Source: an uncultured Bacteroidales bacterium
GTDB lineage: Bacteria > Bacteroidota > Bacteroidia > Bacteroidales > P3
NCBI GenBank assembly: GCA_900316515.1
Contig: ONDE01000002.1
Coordinates: forward strand, 139,947-203,946
Reading direction: 5' to 3'
Length of the DNA stretch: 64,000 bases
The position numbers and the translations under genes are program-made. Below, piece after piece: positions 16,791 through 30,787 of the stretch. The notes beneath the pieces are model-generated. The model did not search any database, was not told the DNA's origin, and was given only the letters and a program-made list of their open reading frames with translations. How positions within the stretch are numbered: position 1 is the first letter of the stretch; each line of letters starts with the position of its first letter.

Positions 16791-19700
16791 TTAATCCTCC
16801 TTTGCGGCGCTCATGGCGGGAGCGTTGCCCACGATGAGGTCTTGATATTCGCGCAGACCTGTGCCGGCAGGAATCAGGTGGCCGACGATGACGTTCTCCT
16901 TCATGCCCATCAGGGTATCGCGTTTGGCATTGATAGCGGCCTCGGTGAGTACCTTGGTGGTCTCCTGGAACGATGCGGCGGAGATGAACGACTTGGTCTG
17001 CAACGATGCACGGGTGATACCTTGAAGAACCTGACGGCAGGTTGCCGGACGGGCATCGCGCACGCTGACAAGCTTCTTGTCCTGACGGCGCAGTGCCGAG
17101 TTCTCGTCGCGAAGTTCGCGGGCGGTGACAATCTGACCAACCGAGAGGGTGGTGCTGTCGCCTGCGTCCTCGACGACCTTCATACCGAAGATACGATCGT
17201 TGACATCGTTGAAGTCAAGACGGTTGACGAGGTCGCCTTCAAGGAAGCGGGTGTCGCCCGGGTCTTCGATTTCCACCTTGCGCATCATCTGGCGCACGAT
17301 GACCTCGAAGTGCTTGTCGTTGATCTTCACACCCTGCAAGCGGTAGACCTCCTGAACCTCGTTGACGATGTATTCCTGAACCTTCATCGGGCCCTTGATG
17401 GCGAGAATGTCGGCAGGTGTGATGGCACCGTCGGAGAGTGGTGTACCAGCCTTGACATAGTCGCTGTCCTGAGCAAGAATCTGCTTGGATGTGGGAATGA
17501 GGTAGGAACGGGTCTCGCCAGTCTTCGATGTAATGGTGACCTCGCGGTTGCCACGTTTGAGTTTCTTGGCGATGGAGACGATACCGTCGACCTCGGCCAC
17601 AATGGCAGGATCGCTTGGATTGCGAGCTTCGAACAACTCGGTGACGCGGGGCAGACCGCCCGTGATATCGCCAGCCTTGCCAAAGGAACGCGGTATCTTG
17701 ACCATGATGTCACCAGCCTTGAGTTTCTGACCCTGCTCGACACCAATATGGGCACCAACGGGAAGGTCGTAAACCTTGAGGATGTTGCCTTCGCTGTCGA
17801 CGATGTTCAGGGTCGGGTTCTTGGTGCGCTGACGGCTTTCAATGACCACCTTGTCCTGAAGACCTGTCTGGGCATCGCTCTCGATGCGGTAGGTGACGTT
17901 CTCGATGACATTCTCAAAGGAGACCTTACCTGCAACATCGGAGATGATAACGGCGTTGTAGGGATCCCATTCGGCGATGAGGTCGTCTTTCTTGAGCAGA
18001 TCGCCAGAGGCTTTGTACAACTTGGCACCGTAGGGCAGTAGGGCAGAGAAGAGGGTGACGTCGGTGTTGGTGTCGACAATACGCATCTCGGCCGAACGAC
18101 CCATGACGATGTGGTATTTGTCGCCATCGTTGTCGGTATATGGTATGGAACGGAGCTCATCGATGATAAGACGTCCGTCATATTTTGCCTGCAGGCTGGA
18201 GGTGGTACCGATGTTGCCACCGGCCACACCACCGACGTGGAAGGTACGGAGGGTAAGCTGCGTACCAGGCTCACCAATGGCCTGTGCAGCGATGACGCCG
18301 ACAGCTTCGCCTTTCTGCACCATCTTGCCTGTGGCAAGGTTGCGGCCGTAGCACTTGGCACAGACGCCATGCTTCGACTCGCAGGTGAGTACCGAGCGAA
18401 TCTCGACCTCCTCGATGGGAGAATCTTCAATCTTCTTGCAAATCTCTTCGGTGAGTTCTTCGCCAGCATGGGCGATGAGTTCGCCAGTCTGCGGGTGGTA
18501 GATGTCGTGCACCGAAGTACGGCCGAGAATCTTCTCGCCGAGGCTTTGGACGATATCCTCGCCTTTCTTGAGGGCCGTGGTGGGCAGTCCGCGCAGGGTG
18601 CCGCAGTCCTCTTCGGTGATGATGACATCGTGTGCCACATCGACCAAACGACGGGTGAGGTAACCAGCGTCAGCAGTCTTAAGGGCGGTATCGGCAAGAC
18701 CCTTACGGGCACCGTGGGTGGAGATAAAGTACTCAAGCACCGACAGACCTTCCTTGAAGTTGGAAACAATGGGGTTCTCGATAATCTCGTTGCCTGCCGA
18801 ACCAGCTTTCTGAGGCTTGGCCATAAGGCCACGCATGCCGGAGAGCTGACGAATCTGTTCCTTACTACCACGAGCACCCGAATCGTACATCATGTAGATG
18901 GGGTTGAAGCCCTGGTTGTCGGCCTTGAGCTGTTTCATCAGGGTCTCGGTAAGCTGGTTGTTGGTATTGGTCCAGATATCGATGACGTGGTTGTAACGTT
19001 CGTTGTTGGTGATAAGACCCATGGCATACTGTGCCATGACCTCTTCGACCTCCTCGTTGGCCTTCTCGATTAGTTGCTCCTTCTCGGCAGGGATGATTAC
19101 ATCGCCGAGGTTGAACGATAGACCGCCGCGGAATGCCTGACGGTAGCCCATGTTCTTGATGTCATCGAGGAAGTGGGCGGTGACAGCATTGCCACACTGT
19201 GTGAAGATGTCGCCGATAATGTCGCGCAGCGACTTCTTGCCCATAACCTGGTTGATATAACCGTACTGGCTGGGCACAACCTGATTGTAGATGACACGAC
19301 CCACGGTAGTGCGCAGACGTGTGGTCTTGATGTAATGGCCGTTGGCATCCACAATAGGATTGCCGTCCTTGTCGCGGCGCACCTCGTATTCAGTGCGGCT
19401 GTGGATGGCTATCTCGGAGGGCGTGGCGCAGTCAACGTCGGTAAGTACGTTGCCTTTCTTGTCCTTGATTACCTCGGTGAAGGTACGGTCGGTCTTCACA
19501 TATGAATATTCGTCCTGGCCTTCGGGCAGCGGCAGATTGACGCTGATGCATGCATTGAGGTCGACACGCTTCTCGTTGTAGGCAATAATCACCTCTTCGG
19601 GAGAATAGAAACGCTGGCCTTCACCGTGTACGGTCTCGGTAGCCGTGGTGTGGCGCGGTTTGGTCATGTAGTACAGACCAAGCACCATGTCCTGCGACGG

Positions 19701-21266
19701 CACAGTGATAGGAGCACCATTGGCAGGGTTGAGGATGTTGTGCGTGGAGAGCATCAGCAGTTGTGCCTCCAGTATGGCGGCATTGCCCATAGGCACATGG
19801 ACAGCCATCTGGTCACCATCGAAGTCGGCGTTGAAACCCGTACACACGAGGGGGTGCAGACGGATGGCCTTGCCTTCAACCAACTTGGGTTGGAAAGCCT
19901 GGATACCCAGACGGTGCAACGTAGGAGCACGGTTGAGCAGGATGGGGTGTCCCTTCAATATATTCTCAAGAATCTCCCATACGACGGGTTCCTTGCGATC
20001 GACGATGCGCTTGGCACTCTTGACAGTCTTTACCAGTCCGCGCTCAAGGAGCTTGCGGATGACATACGGTTTGAACAACTCGGCGGCCATGTCCTTGGGC
20101 AGACCACACTCGTGCATCTTCAGCTCGGGGCCGACCACGATGACCGAACGGCCGGAGTAGTCGACACGCTTACCGAGCAGGTTCTGACGGAAACGGCCCT
20201 GTTTGCCCTTGAGGGCGTCGGATAGCGACTTGAGGGCACGATTGCTCTCGCTCTTCACGCTCGACACCTTACGACTATTGTCGAACAGTGAGTCGACAGC
20301 TTCCTGCAGCATGCGTTTCTCGTTGCGCATGATGACTTCTGGGGCTTTAATCTCGACGAGGCGTTTCAGTCGGTTGTTACGAATAATGACGCGGCGGTAA
20401 AGCTCGTTGATGTCGGAAGTGGCGAAACGGCCGCCATCCAGCGGAACGAGGGGGCGCAGATCAGGCGGAATAACGGGGATGATATTCATAATCATCCACT
20501 CGGGACGGTTGTCCATGCCGCGGGCCTGCATGGCGCGCTGCGATTCGCGGAACGACTCGATAACGTTCAGGCGTTTTAGAGCATCCTGTTTGCGGGCAAC
20601 AGCGGTCTCTTTCGAAGCTTTGGCTCGGAGTTCATAGCTCAACTTGTCGAGGTCGAGCTCGGCAAGTAGAGTGTAGAGAGCTTCAGCACCCATGCCGGCA
20701 ATAAATTTGTTGGGGTCGCTGTCAGGCAACTGGGCGTTGTCCTCGGGCAGGGTGTCCTGAATGTTATAGTATTCCTCCTCGGTGAGCAGGTCGAGCTTCT
20801 GCACGGGCATCTCGTTGAGCATGGCCTTGCCAGGCTGCAGAACGATGTATTTCTCGTAGTAGATGACCTGATCGAGTTTCTTGGAGGGTATGTTTAGCAA
20901 TGTGCCAATCTTGTTGGGCAGCGAGCGGAAGAACCAGATGTGGGCAATGGGAACCACAAGTTCAATGTGACCCATGCGCTCACGGCGGACTTTCTTCTCG
21001 GTGACTTCAACTCCACAACGGTCGCAGACGATGCCTTTATAGCGGATGCGTTTGTATTTTCCGCAATGGCATTCCCAGTCGCGGGTAGGTCCAAATATGC
21101 GTTCGCAGAACAAACCGTCGCGCTCGGGCTTATACGTGCGATAGTTGATTGTTTCAGGCTTCGTCACCTCGCCATATGAACGACGCTTGATGGACTCGGG
21201 CGACGCAAGGCTGATAGTGATAGCGTTGAAATCGGTCTTTAACTGAGATTCTTGTTTAAAAGCCAT
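16791..21266 (-). CDS. rpoC: DNA-directed RNA polymerase subunit beta'
   Basis: The 1491-aa ORF has the zinc motif CHCGKYK...CDRCGVEV and the catalytic [12 protein letters not shown]. Confidence 0.97.
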   Translation of the reverse strand: MAFKQESQLKTDFNAITISLASPESIKRRSYGEVTKPETINYRTYKPERDGLFCERIFGPTRDWECHCGKYKRIRYKGIVCDRCGVEVTEKKVRRERMGHIELVVPIAHIWFFRSLPNKIGTLLNIPSKKLDQVIYYEKYIVLQPGKAMLNEMPVQKLDLLTEEEYYNIQDTLPEDNAQLPDSDPNKFIAGMGAEALYTLLAELDLDKLSYELRAKASKETAVARKQDALKRLNVIESFRESQRAMQARGMDNRPEWMIMNIIPVIPPDLRPLVPLDGGRFATSDINELYRRVIIRNNRLKRLVEIKAPEVIMRNEKRMLQEAVDSLFDNSRKVSSVKSESNRALKSLSDALKGKQGRFRQNLLGKRVDYSGRSVIVVGPELKMHECGLPKDMAAELFKPYVIRKLLERGLVKTVKSAKRIVDRKEPVVWEILENILKGHPILLNRAPTLHRLGIQAFQPKLVEGKAIRLHPLVCTGFNADFDGDQMAVHVPMGNAAILEAQLLMLSTHNILNPANGAPITVPSQDMVLGLYYMTKPRHTTATETVHGEGQRFYSPEEVIIAYNEKRVDLNACISVNLPLPEGQDEYSYVKTDRTFTEVIKDKKGNVLTDVDCATPSEIAIHSRTEYEVRRDKDGNPIVDANGHYIKTTRLRTTVGRVIYNQVVPSQYGYINQVMGKKSLRDIIGDIFTQCGNAVTAHFLDDIKNMGYRQAFRGGLSFNLGDVIIPAEKEQLIEKANEEVEEVMAQYAMGLITNNERYNHVIDIWTNTNNQLTETLMKQLKADNQGFNPIYMMYDSGARGSKEQIRQLSGMRGLMAKPQKAGSAGNEIIENPIVSNFKEGLSVLEYFISTHGARKGLADTALKTADAGYLTRRLVDVAHDVIITEEDCGTLRGLPTTALKKGEDIVQSLGEKILGRTSVHDIYHPQTGELIAHAGEELTEEICKKIEDSPIEEVEIRSVLTCESKHGVCAKCYGRNLATGKMVQKGEAVGVIAAQAIGEPGTQLTLRTFHVGGVAGGNIGTTSSLQAKYDGRLIIDELRSIPYTDNDGDKYHIVMGRSAEMRIVDTNTDVTLFSALLPYGAKLYKASGDLLKKDDLIAEWDPYNAVIISDVAGKVSFENVIENVTYRIESDAQTGLQDKVVIESRQRTKNPTLNIVDSEGNILKVYDLPVGAHIGVEQGQKLKAGDIMVKIPRSFGKAGDITGGLPRVTELFEARNPSDPAIVAEVDGIVSIAKKLKRGNREVTITSKTGETRSYLIPTSKQILAQDSDYVKAGTPLSDGAITPADILAIKGPMKVQEYIVNEVQEVYRLQGVKINDKHFEVIVRQMMRKVEIEDPGDTRFLEGDLVNRLDFNDVNDRIFGMKVVEDAGDSTTLSVGQIVTARELRDENSALRRQDKKLVSVRDARPATCRQVLQGITRASLQTKSFISAASFQETTKVLTEAAINAKRDTLMGMKENVIVGHLIPAGTGLREYQDLIVGNAPAMSAAKED

Positions 21267-21297
21267 GTTCTCTAAACTTATCTATTTGGAACCTATA

Positions 21298-25101
<3,804 letters not shown>

Positions 25102-25273
25102 GGGACTAAAAATTAATCTTTTTCTATAACTTATCGCGGTTGAAGAAAGGGTACCCGTTCAGGGTTAGGTAGAGGGCTGAAAATGTGGAATTGTATTCCA
25201 CAGCAACAAGGAATAGGCACTCCGGACCCTGCCGGAGGCACTATTCCTCGTGGGGATTGAATAAGGATCAACC

Positions 25274-25657
25274 TTACTTAACCTCGACTTCGGCACCAGC
25301 CTCTTCGAGGGCTTTCTTCAGGCTCTCAGCCTCGTCTTTCGAAACACCTTCCTTAACGGTCTTGGGGGCGTTGTCGACGAGCTCTTTAGACTCCTTCAGG
25401 CCAAGGCTGGCCATATCCTTAACGGCCTTCACAACACCAAGTTTCTTGGTCTGATCGGGAACACCCTTCAGGATAACGTCAAAAGAGGTCTTCTCCTCAG
25501 CAGCGGCGGCGGCACCACCGGCGGCGGGGGCGGCGACTGCAACAGCAGCAGCGGCGGGTTCAATGCCGTACTCCTCTTTCAGGACGTCAGCGAGTTCTTT
25601 AACTTCCTTAACGGTAAGGTTAACCAGTTCTTCAGCGATAGCTTTAATGTCTGCCAT
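25274..25657 (-). CDS. rplL: 50S ribosomal protein L7/L12
   Basis: The 127-aa ORF has an Ala-rich hinge and the C-terminal LKEAKDLVD-like region. Confidence 0.95.
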   Translation of the reverse strand: MADIKAIAEELVNLTVKEVKELADVLKEEYGIEPAAAAVAVAAPAAGGAAAAAEEKTSFDVILKGVPDQTKKLGVVKAVKDMASLGLKESKELVDNAPKTVKEGVSKDEAESLKKALEEAGAEVEVK

Positions 25658-25746
25658 GACTTTTATTTTTTTAAATTGTTTTACTTAATTTGTTATTTGT
25701 TTTTGTGGCCATGTTGAGGTTGGCCTGACCTTCTTTCGCGTGAGGA

Positions 25747-26277
25747 TTAGGCCTCGCGCTCCTCCAAAGTTTTCAGCACACCAGTAATGGTATTGCCAGC
25801 CGACTGCACCTGGGACAGAACATTCTTGATGGGCGACTGCAGCAGGGCCACAACATCGGCGATGAGTTCGTTCTTGCTCTTGATGTTGACAAGAGCGTCG
25901 AGATTCTCGTGACCGATATAGAAGCACTCCTCGACATAGGCGCCTTTGAGAATGGGCTTCTCAGCGTTCTTCTCAGCGGCACGGAAGCTCTTGATGAGCT
26001 TGGCGGGCGCATTGTTGGTGTTGGAAAGCATTATGGCGGTTTCACCCTTGATCACAGGGAACAACTCGCTGTAGTCGAATCCCGACTTCTCGAGAGCCTT
26101 GATGAGAAGAGTGTTCTTTACAACTTCCAGCTTCACCTCGTTGCGGAAGGCGGCACGACGCAGTTTGCTTGTCTGCACCGAGTTCAAACCTCCGATGTCG
26201 GCTATATAAAGACTCGGATAGGCCTTGATCTCTTCGCACAGGGCGTCGATGTGCTGGTCTTTCAGTTCTTTTCTCAT
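25747..26277 (-). CDS. rplJ: 50S ribosomal protein L10
   Basis: The 176-aa ORF occupies the conserved position between rplA and rplL. Confidence 0.92.
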   Translation of the reverse strand: MRKELKDQHIDALCEEIKAYPSLYIADIGGLNSVQTSKLRRAAFRNEVKLEVVKNTLLIKALEKSGFDYSELFPVIKGETAIMLSNTNNAPAKLIKSFRAAEKNAEKPILKGAYVEECFYIGHENLDALVNIKSKNELIADVVALLQSPIKNVLSQVQSAGNTITGVLKTLEEREA

Positions 26278-26299
26278 AATGTTTCGTTAGTTTTAATTG

Positions 26300-26995
26300 T
26301 TACAATGTAGCGGCTTTGGTGTCTACTTTGACGCCGGGGCTCATGGTGCTGCTGATAGCGATGCTCTTCACATAGGTACCTTTTGCGGCACTGGGTTTGA
26401 GCTTCATAATCATCTGGAGCACCTCGCGGGCGTTCTCAACGATCTTCTGGTCGTCGAAGGAGCACTTGGCAACGGCGGTATGGATGATACCGAATTTGTC
26501 GACCTTGAAGTCGATTTTACCTGCCTTGGCTTCCTGGACAGCTTTGCCCACTTCCATGGTAACGGTGCCGGTCTTGGGGTTGGGCATCAGGCCACGGGGT
26601 CCGAGGATACGGCCCAGTGCGCCGATCTTGGGCATGCAGCTCGGCATGGTGATGATGACATCAACATCCGTCCAGCCACCCTTGATCTTGGTGATGTACT
26701 CGTCCAGGCCGTAGTAATCGGCACCGGCAGCTTTGGCTTCTTCCTCTTTGTCGGGGGTGCAAAGTACGAGGACGCGGACGGTCTTGCCCGTGCCGTGAGG
26801 CAGGGTGACGCTACCACGCACCATCTGGTTGGCCTTTCGAGGGTCAACACCCAGACGCACGTCGATGTCAACCGAAGCATCAAATTTGGTGAAGGTTATC
26901 TTCTTCACGATGCTCACGGCCTCTTCAAGCGAGTAAACTTTGCTTCCGTCGAATTTGGCAACAGCCTCTTTCTGTTTTTTGGTAAGTTTTGCCAT
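26300..26995 (-). CDS. rplA: 50S ribosomal protein L1
   Basis: The 231-aa ORF contains the L1 blocks [16 protein letters not shown]. Confidence 0.95.
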   Translation of the reverse strand: MAKLTKKQKEAVAKFDGSKVYSLEEAVSIVKKITFTKFDASVDIDVRLGVDPRKANQMVRGSVTLPHGTGKTVRVLVLCTPDKEEEAKAAGADYYGLDEYITKIKGGWTDVDVIITMPSCMPKIGALGRILGPRGLMPNPKTGTVTMEVGKAVQEAKAGKIDFKVDKFGIIHTAVAKCSFDDQKIVENAREVLQMIMKLKPSAAKGTYVKSIAISSTMSPGVKVDTKAATL

Positions 26996-27064
26996 TTTGG
27001 TTCGTTTTTGTGGTCAACGCACTTTCACTCTCGTTACTTATGCTACCACTGTTCATAATCTCTT

Positions 27065-27508
27065 TTACTTCTTCAGCGGATTCTCACCCGTAACGGTGAT
27101 ACCCATGCTGCGTGCCGTGCCGGCCACCATGCTCATTGCGCTCTCGATAGTGAAGCAGTTCAGGTCGGGCATTTTGGCTTCGGCAATCTGGCGTACCTGC
27201 TCCCAGGTGACCGAGGCGACCTTCACGCGGTTGGGCTCGCCGGAGCCTTTCTGCGCTTTGGACATCTCTTTCAGCTGGACAGCGACAGGAGGAGTCTTAA
27301 GTACAAAGTCAAAGGACTTGTCGGTGTACACGGTGATAATCACGGGCACGACCTTGCCGGCCTGGTCCTGTGTACGGGCGTTGAACTGCTTGCAGAACTC
27401 CATGATGTTCACACCCTTGGCACCCAGAGCGGGTCCCACTGGCGGAGCGGGGTTGGCGGCAGCGCCTTTGATTTGCAATTTAATCAATCCTGCAACTTCT
27501 TTTGCCAT
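27065..27508 (-). CDS. rplK: 50S ribosomal protein L11
   Basis: The 147-aa ORF contains [23 protein letters not shown]. Confidence 0.95.
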   Translation of the reverse strand: MAKEVAGLIKLQIKGAAANPAPPVGPALGAKGVNIMEFCKQFNARTQDQAGKVVPVIITVYTDKSFDFVLKTPPVAVQLKEMSKAQKGSGEPNRVKVASVTWEQVRQIAEAKMPDLNCFTIESAMSMVAGTARSMGITVTGENPLKK

Positions 27509-27541
27509 TGAATTAAATTTTAAATAAGTTAGTTGTTCGTG

Positions 27542-28087
27542 TTACTGCTCTTTTTCAACCTGCGAGAAGTTGAGCTCAAGGGGTGTACGGCGACCGAAGA
27601 TCTTGACTGTTACTTTCAGCTTCTTCTTGTCTTCGTTCACCTCCTCGACTACACCGACAAAACTGTTGAATGGTCCGTCGATGACCTTTACGTTCTCGCC
27701 AATGATGTAGCGGTCCATCATCTCGGCACCATCGACGTGCTCGTCCATCTTGCCAAGGATACGATTGATTTCGGCCTGGCGCATAGGTATGGGCTTGCCT
27801 TCGCGTTCGCGGAGGAAGTCAAGCACGTTGGGCAGGTTCTGGATGACGGGTATAATCTCGTCGCGCAGATTGGCCTCGATGATGACATATCCCGGGAAGA
27901 AGTTACGCTCTTTGATAACCTTCTTGCCGTTTCGGATTGCTACCACCTGTTCGGTAGGGATGAGGACTGTGGGCACCTCGTCGCTCCAGCCGCGTTTGGC
28001 CATTTCGCTTTCGATGTACTCTTTAGCCTTCTTCTCTTTGCCGCTGATTGCTCTGACGACATACCACTTTTTTTCCTGCTGCTCCAT
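27542..28087 (-). CDS. nusG: transcription termination/antitermination factor NusG
   Basis: The 181-aa ORF has an NGN domain (KWYVVRAISGKEKK) and a KOW domain (VKVIDGPFNSFVGVVEEV). Confidence 0.93.
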   Translation of the reverse strand: MEQQEKKWYVVRAISGKEKKAKEYIESEMAKRGWSDEVPTVLIPTEQVVAIRNGKKVIKERNFFPGYVIIEANLRDEIIPVIQNLPNVLDFLREREGKPIPMRQAEINRILGKMDEHVDGAEMMDRYIIGENVKVIDGPFNSFVGVVEEVNEDKKKLKVTVKIFGRRTPLELNFSQVEKEQ

Positions 28088-28214
28088 TGTTTTGGGTTAA
28101 AAAAAGGACAGTGAAAAAATATACTTTGTTCCGTTTATCAAGGATACAGGCAATTCACCACAGGTCTCAAAGAAGTTTGGGAAGCAAGACCAGGGCTATT
28201 TCGCCGTTTTGCCT

Positions 28215-28433
28215 TTATCCGTTGATTAACTGATAGAAGTATCCAAGGATACCCTTCCATCCCCAACTCTGGACGCCAAAGACGACATCCATGACGAAGA
28301 CGATGAGGGCAATGACAAGGGTTGCCACAGCCACCACAACGGCGCTGCTCTGCAACTCTTTGAATGTGGGCCACGACACTTTGTGCATCAGCTCGTCGTA
28401 GCTCGACTTCACATATTCACCAAACTTTGACAT
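28215..28433 (-). CDS. secE: preprotein translocase subunit SecE
   Basis: I prefer the internal ATG (MSKFGEYVKSSYDELMHKVSWPTFKELQSSAVVV...). The product has a single TM segment. The tracked 5' extension overlaps tRNA-Trp. Confidence 0.8.
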   Translation of the reverse strand: MSKFGEYVKSSYDELMHKVSWPTFKELQSSAVVVAVATLVIALIVFVMDVVFGVQSWGWKGILGYFYQLING

Positions 28434-28454
28434 TTCTCTTAATCTTTTTCTATT

Positions 28455-28528
28455 TGGCAGGGGCAGAGAGAATCGAACTCCCAACCACGGTTTTGGAGAC
28501 CGCCATTATACCATTTAACTATGCCCCT
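28455..28528 (-). tRNA. tRNA-Trp (CCA)
   Basis: My hand fold gives acceptor AGGGGCA/TGCCCCT, anticodon loop CTCCAAA and T-arm GGTTCGATTC-like GAGTTCGATTCTC. The 3' CCA is encoded. Confidence 0.88.
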
Positions 28529-28575
28529 GTATGTAAGGGCGTAGAGCGGCTACGCCCTTACAGGTTTTTCTCGAA

Positions 28576-29763
28576 TTAGTCGAGGATCTTGGTCACCTGA
28601 CCCGAACCAACGGTGCGGCCACCCTCGCGGATAGCGAAGCGCAGGTTCTCGTTCAGAGCGATGTCGGCGATAAGCTCGACGGTGATCGTCAGGTTGTCGC
28701 CAGGCATGACCATCTCGCGGCCCTCGGGCAGCATGATGGTACCGGTCACGTCAGTGGTACGGAAGTAGAACTGCGGACGATAGTTGTTGTGGAACGGGGT
28801 GTGACGGCCACCTTCCTCTTTCTTCAGGATATAGACAGCAGCCTCGAATTTGTGGTGAGGTTTCACCGAGCCGGGCTTGGCGATAACCATACCGCGACGG
28901 ATCTCGTTCTTGTCGATACCGCGGAGCAGCAGACCCACGTTGTCACCAGCTTCACCCTCGTCGAGGATCTTGCGGAACATCTCGACGCCGGTGACGGTGC
29001 TCTTCAGCTTCTCGGCACCCATACCGATGATGTCGACGGGGTCGCCAGTGTGGATGACACCAGTCTCGATACGACCGGTGGCAACGGTGCCACGGCCGGT
29101 GATGCTGAACACGTCCTCGATGGGCATCAGGAAGTCTTTATCTTTCTGACGGACAGGTTCGGGAATCCAGTTGTCGACGGCATCCATCAGCTCTTCAACA
29201 GCCTTGACACCGCTGGCTTCGCCGTTAAGGGCGGCGAGGGCGGAACCACGGATGATGGGGATATTGTCGCCATCGAAATCGTAGGAGTTCAGGAGCTCGC
29301 GGATTTCCATCTCAACGAGGTCGAGCAGCTCGGGATCGTCAACAAGGTCGCACTTGTTCAGGAACACAACGAGCTGGGGAACACCAACCTGACGGGCGAG
29401 CAGGATGTGCTCACGGGTCTGGGGCATGGGACCGTCGGTGGCGGCCACAACGAGGATAGCACCGTCCATCTGGGCAGCACCGGTAACCATGTTCTTCACA
29501 TAGTCAGCGTGACCCGGGCAGTCCACGTGAGCGTAGTGACGCTTCTCGGTCTGATACTCAACGTGAGCGGTGTTGATGGTGATACCGCGCTCTTTCTCTT
29601 CGGGAGCGGAGTCGATGCTGTCGAAGCTCTTCACCTCGGAAAGGCCCTTCTCGGCGAGAACCTTGGTGATAGCAGCGGTCAGAGTGGTCTTACCGTGGTC
29701 AACGTGGCCAATGGTACCGATGTTGACGTGCGGTTTGGAACGATCGAATTTTTCTTTTGCCAT
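28576..29763 (-). CDS. tuf: elongation factor Tu
   Basis: The 395-aa ORF has [18 protein letters not shown] and NKCD. Confidence 0.98.
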   Translation of the reverse strand: MAKEKFDRSKPHVNIGTIGHVDHGKTTLTAAITKVLAEKGLSEVKSFDSIDSAPEEKERGITINTAHVEYQTEKRHYAHVDCPGHADYVKNMVTGAAQMDGAILVVAATDGPMPQTREHILLARQVGVPQLVVFLNKCDLVDDPELLDLVEMEIRELLNSYDFDGDNIPIIRGSALAALNGEASGVKAVEELMDAVDNWIPEPVRQKDKDFLMPIEDVFSITGRGTVATGRIETGVIHTGDPVDIIGMGAEKLKSTVTGVEMFRKILDEGEAGDNVGLLLRGIDKNEIRRGMVIAKPGSVKPHHKFEAAVYILKKEEGGRHTPFHNNYRPQFYFRTTDVTGTIMLPEGREMVMPGDNLTITVELIADIALNENLRFAIREGGRTVGSGQVTKILD

Positions 29764-29889
29764 TTTAATACGTATTAAATGTTAACAGTTAATATAATTA
29801 TTTTTCATTTCACCATCAAAGAGGGCGGGCATCTCTGCTTTCGTCCTCATTTTTTTATTCTTTTTCTCCCCTTTCGGGCATTAAAAGAG

Positions 29890-29961
29890 AGCCACAGACG
29901 AGAGTCGGACTCGTGACCTCTTCCTTACCAAGGAAGCGCTCTACCACTGAGCTACTGCGGC
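29890..29961 (-). tRNA. tRNA-Thr (GGT)
   Basis: My hand fold gives acceptor GCCGCAG/CTGTGGC and an anticodon stem-loop CTTCC-TTGGTAA-GGAAG. Length is 72 nt. Confidence 0.88.
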
Positions 29962-30049
29962 TTTTTGCATCTTACGCACTCTCTCTTTTTGAGTACCTTG
30001 CTTTCTCTAAGCGGTCCTGGAGGTTTGTTACCCGTTTCCGCTATTTTCG

Positions 30050-30122
30050 AGCGGAAGACGGGGCTCGAACCCGCCACCTATAGCTTGGAAGGCTATCGCT
30101 CTACCAAATGAGCTACTTCCGC
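30050..30122 (-). tRNA. tRNA-Gly (TCC)
   Basis: My hand fold gives acceptor GCGGAAG/CTTCCGC and an anticodon stem-loop ATAGC-CTTCCAA-GCTAT. Length is 73 nt. Confidence 0.88.
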
Positions 30123-30142
30123 TTTCGTGAAGTTTGGCTTCG

Positions 30143-30224
30143 TGGGGGAGGGTGGACTCGAACCACCGAACTCTTCCGAGGACAGATTTACAGTCTGTTG
30201 CAATTGCCGCTATGCGACTCCCCC
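30143..30224 (-). tRNA. tRNA-Tyr (GTA)
   Basis: My hand fold gives acceptor GGGGGAG/CTCCCCC, an anticodon stem-loop ACAGA-CTGTAAA-TCTGT and a long variable arm. Length is 82 nt. Confidence 0.88.
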
Positions 30225-30268
30225 TTTATGGTTGTCCGACTGCTCAATCTTTCGAGCGTCGGACCCCG

Positions 30269-30341
30269 AGCCGATGAAGGGACTCGAACCCCCGACAGGC
30301 TGATTACAAATCAGCTACTCTACCAACTGAGTTACATCGGC
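30269..30341 (-). tRNA. tRNA-Thr (TGT)
   Basis: My hand fold gives acceptor GCCGATG/CATCGGC and an anticodon stem-loop GCTGA-TTTGTAA-TCAGC. Length is 73 nt. Confidence 0.88.
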
Positions 30342-30408
30342 TTCTGTCAACCTTTCAAACACCTCTCTTTATTGCTCTTCTCACGAGTTTTTTCGTGATT
30401 TGAGGTTG

Positions 30409-30439
30409 CAAAGATACTACTTTTTCAAATACTGACAAA
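30409..30439 (-). promoter_or_regulatory. Bacteroidetes-type promoter for the tRNA(Thr-Tyr-Gly-Thr)-tuf operon
   Basis: On the minus strand, TATCTTTG (30409-30416) and TTTG (30436-30439) are separated by 19 nt. The boxes lie about 68 nt upstream of the first tRNA 5' end. Confidence 0.5.
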
Positions 30440-30725
30440 GTTTTTTTTCGTATTTTTTCAACGAAAAGTTGTATTGTGCTGAAAATCAATCCTGCAAATT
30501 GTGAAAATTTTTCGGTAAAAAGCGTGTCATGGGTCCGTAAAATAGTTCTTGAGGGTGGTTGAAAGGCCAAAAATGGCCATCTCTGACCTCATTAGCAATA
30601 TATTTCTTGGTATGCGATTGAAATCCAACATGTTGACTATGTATTACCCCTTGGCGGCCAAATTTCCCATTCATTATTTCATGTCACTGGTGGTGCCGAT
30701 TATGCGATTCGACGGGACGTAAAGA

Positions 30726-30761
30726 TATGAAAAACGCGTTTCCAATGACTGGAAACGCGTT
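30726..30761 (-). terminator. rho-independent terminator after recQ
   Basis: A 12-bp perfect stem, AACGCGTTTCCA (30733-30744) with TGGAAACGCGTT (30750-30761), has loop ATGAC. A T-run follows on the minus strand. Confidence 0.55.
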
Positions 30762-30787
30762 GGACTAAACGGGGCGACGCCTGGCAT

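Noticed and set aside
30108-30398. 96-aa plus-strand ORF
   Set aside because: It lies antisense across the tRNA-Gly, tRNA-Tyr and tRNA-Thr genes, so it is not a plausible CDS.
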